Source of the DNA: the human T2T-CHM13v2.0 reference genome, Homo sapiens | Reading direction: 5' to 3' (one strand) | Assembly (NCBI RefSeq): GCF_009914755.1 | Contig: NC_060926.1 | DNA length: 64,000 bases | Shown: positions 61,319-64,000 of the stretch, piece after piece | Position numbering within the stretch: position 1 is the first letter of the stretch | Layout: each line of letters starts with the position of its first letter | Notes under the pieces: model-generated | Told to the model about the DNA's origin: nothing | Databases searched by the model: none | Seen by the model: the letters and a program-made list of their open reading frames with translations, nothing else | Translations under genes and position numbers: made by a program

Positions 61319-62899
61319 CCATGTCTTCATCATCACTAGAATGACTTTTTAAAGTTAACATGGTTTTCGGAGTACAATGTCTTCACTGTAGTGTAAGATG
61401 TTTGAAATATCATGCTTTGGGGAAATCTCTGTATTATACTATCTCTGGATATTTATCTCAAGCTACAAGTACCCAATGGCATAACATTAGGATTGTTGAA
61501 TATTTTAGTCCCATATGCTATATTTGTAGTCATAACTGACAGCTTTTCAAAGTGATCTTTAGAAGACTTGTTTTCAGTGACATCCCGCAGTTGGAATTGA
61601 GAGTTCATAGTTCCAGGAATAATTGCTCTGTGTTAAATTTTGTTGCCCCTCCCTACTTCCCTCCCTCTCTTTTGTCTTATTCATATAGGTGACCTTTATA
61701 AGCTTTGAAAAACTAGCTTTGATTGAGGTCATCTCAGACTTATATATTTTTCCCCAAACAGTATTTTGTTGTTCAAATAAATTAATGGAGAGAGCATCTT
61801 AAAATATGAGGGATTTTAGAAGTATCTGAATATAAGTTGACTCATTCTTTTCTTAGGTATAGTTTTACAGGACTGCAGTTGCCATCTTTATAATATCCAC
61901 ATGACTGTTCCAAGTGTAAACATATTTATCTTAAGAACTGTGTCATGCCTAAGAGCCATTCATAGGTTGCCGCTTGTCTGTAAACTGGCCTACTTGTCCT
62001 TATGAATAATGAGGGCTGACTAAACTTGATTGAAACGTGAGGAACTTTGTGTTTGTAAAAGTTAGCAGTGTTTCTTATTTCAAGGGTTTTATGGCATTCT
62101 CTTGCTTATTCTATTAAACCTTTTATTCTTTAAACCTTACAGTGGGCCATATGTATGAAGTTTATAAAGTATTAATGATCTTCTTAACCAAAACAAGAAA
62201 AAAATTCCAAAGAGTTCCCAGTTCTCTACTGTTTTATCATCTCAAAAGTTTAAATAAGATGTTCTGCTGCCATTGTTGTTTTTACTGTTTACTATATTAG
62301 CACTTTCTCTGATGTGCTTTGGAGGTTGATTGATGAATTTCTTAGGCGTTTTGCTGGAATTAATTTATGGGTGTTTGACTAGATGGTGAAGAGTAGACTG
62401 AGAGAATCTTCAAGTGACCATGTCATTGTTTTCTTGCTGTCTTGTCTTGGTGATTAAGATGCAATTCTTTTTAAAACCAAATGGCACTGGTTATCATGTT
62501 TCCCAAATCAGAAATCTATTTTAGTTAATATTTTAAAGAAATATGAAGCCACAGCAAAAACCAGTATTATTTTTACTACAGAGTGTTAATGGATGTAAAG
62601 AGGTTAGCGAGATATAGTGTTTAATTAATGATGTTTATTTTCACTATATTTAATGAATAATCTTTTTATCTCCTTTAAAGAAAAATAATGTTTATTGGTT
62701 AAAGGTAAGAAATAATAGTTAAGACACCAATTTAATTTCAAGATCTTTGACTGTATTATGCATTGTACAATGGATTTCACTTTTCATGAAATGCCTCAGT
62801 TTTCCTACTTTTATTTTTGTTTTTTATTACCATTCAACTTATGGTTTTTCTACCTTTAAAATAAAGATAATGATGAATAAAAATAAAAACATAACATTG

Positions 62900-64000
62900 T
62901 ATAAAGCAATACGTTTTTGTTCACTTTTGTTAACTTTAAAATGTATGTAGATATATTAATATATCACAACAATAGCATAAAGGATAAGGGAGGGAATGGA
63001 GTTATATTGGAGAAAATCTTCTATATTTTATTGTAATTAGATTAGTATTAAACTGAGGTAGACTGTGCTAAATTAAGATACATTTTATGATCCCTTGAAC
63101 TACTGCTAAGAAAGTCATTCGATAAATATAATAAAAATCAATCAAGGATTTAAATGATAGATTAAAATTTTTTATTGCAAAAGAGGACAATAAAGGAGGA
63201 ACAGGAGACTAAGAAGGACAGGGGACATGAAGAAAACATGGCAAATTTAAACCCAGCTGTATCAATAATCACATTATATGTAGATGTTCTAAACACTTCA
63301 ATCAAAAGGCAGAGATTGTCAGATCAGATTAAAAAATAACCAGATCCAATTATGTACTCTCTACAAGAGACATATCGTAGATTCAAAGATACAAATAGGT
63401 TAAAAGTAAGAAGATAGAAAAAGATATGCCATGCAGACAGTAAGCACCAGAGAGCTGGAGTAACTATATTAAATTTCAGACAAAATACAGCAAAGATAAG
63501 AAATATTACTTGAGATAAATAGAACCATTTCAAAATGATAAAAGGATCAAGACATCAGAAAGACATAGCAATTGGAAATGTATACACACCTAAAACAGGT
63601 CTCAAAGTATGTGAAGCAAAACTAACTGAATTAAAAGGAGAAATAGGCAATTCACCAGTAACTGATTTCAGTATTCCACTCTCAATAATTGATAGAACAG
63701 CTAGACAGAAAATAAAATGGGATATAGAAGACTTGAAGAACACTCTCAGCCAACTCTACCTAACTCACATGTAAAGAATACATATTTTTTCAAGTACACA
63801 TGGAACATTCTCCAGAATACATCATAAGGGAGGCCATAAAATAAATCTCAGTTCATCTAAGAGGACTGATACCATACAATGTGTTTTCTAATCACAATGC
63901 AATTAAAATTGAAATTAACAACAAAAGGAAATCTGGAAAATTCCCAAATTTTGGAAATTAGGCAACACACAGCTAAATACCTACTGGGTCAAAGAAGAAA
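62900..64000 (+). mobile_element. Old L1M: inter-ORF region and decayed ORF2 endonuclease; runs off the window end
   Basis: ctaaacacttcaatcaaaaggcagagattgtcaga; ORF 63535-63774 MIKGSRHQKDIAIGNVYTP...DFSIPLSIIDRTARQKI. Confidence 0.9.

Overview
This is primate (almost certainly human) genomic DNA, about half interspersed repeats. The only real coding sequence is one 88-nt exon (56376-56463, + strand). It encodes [29 protein letters not shown](E), which I recognise as the alphaC-to-gatekeeper segment of the MAP3K20 (ZAK/MLTK) kinase domain. The rest is the long upstream intron and the start of the next intron. It holds about 30 Alus (roughly 20 antisense, 10 sense), several L1s, MIR/L2/CR1 relics, DNA-transposon fossils, and a degraded two-LTR ERV-L provirus (5508-11661, - strand) with recognisable PBS, PPT, RNase H, integrase and dUTPase remnants. 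All ORFs in the supplied track are repeat-derived or chance. I see no convincing new multi-gene system. The most interesting unexplained signals are: (1) paired recursive-splice (3'ss|5'ss) motifs at 24181 and 24476 bracketing a stop-containing candidate RS/poison exon, with a third such motif at 46974; (2) the near-complete ancient ERV-L provirus; (3) minus-strand splice and poly(A) signals near 53-54 kb that could belong to an antisense RNA; (4) a perfect palindromic double TGACATCA (Jun/ATF2-type) site; (5) several small direct-plus-inverted repeat scars. Repeat subfamily names come from memory of consensus sequences, and boundaries of old repeats are approximate.
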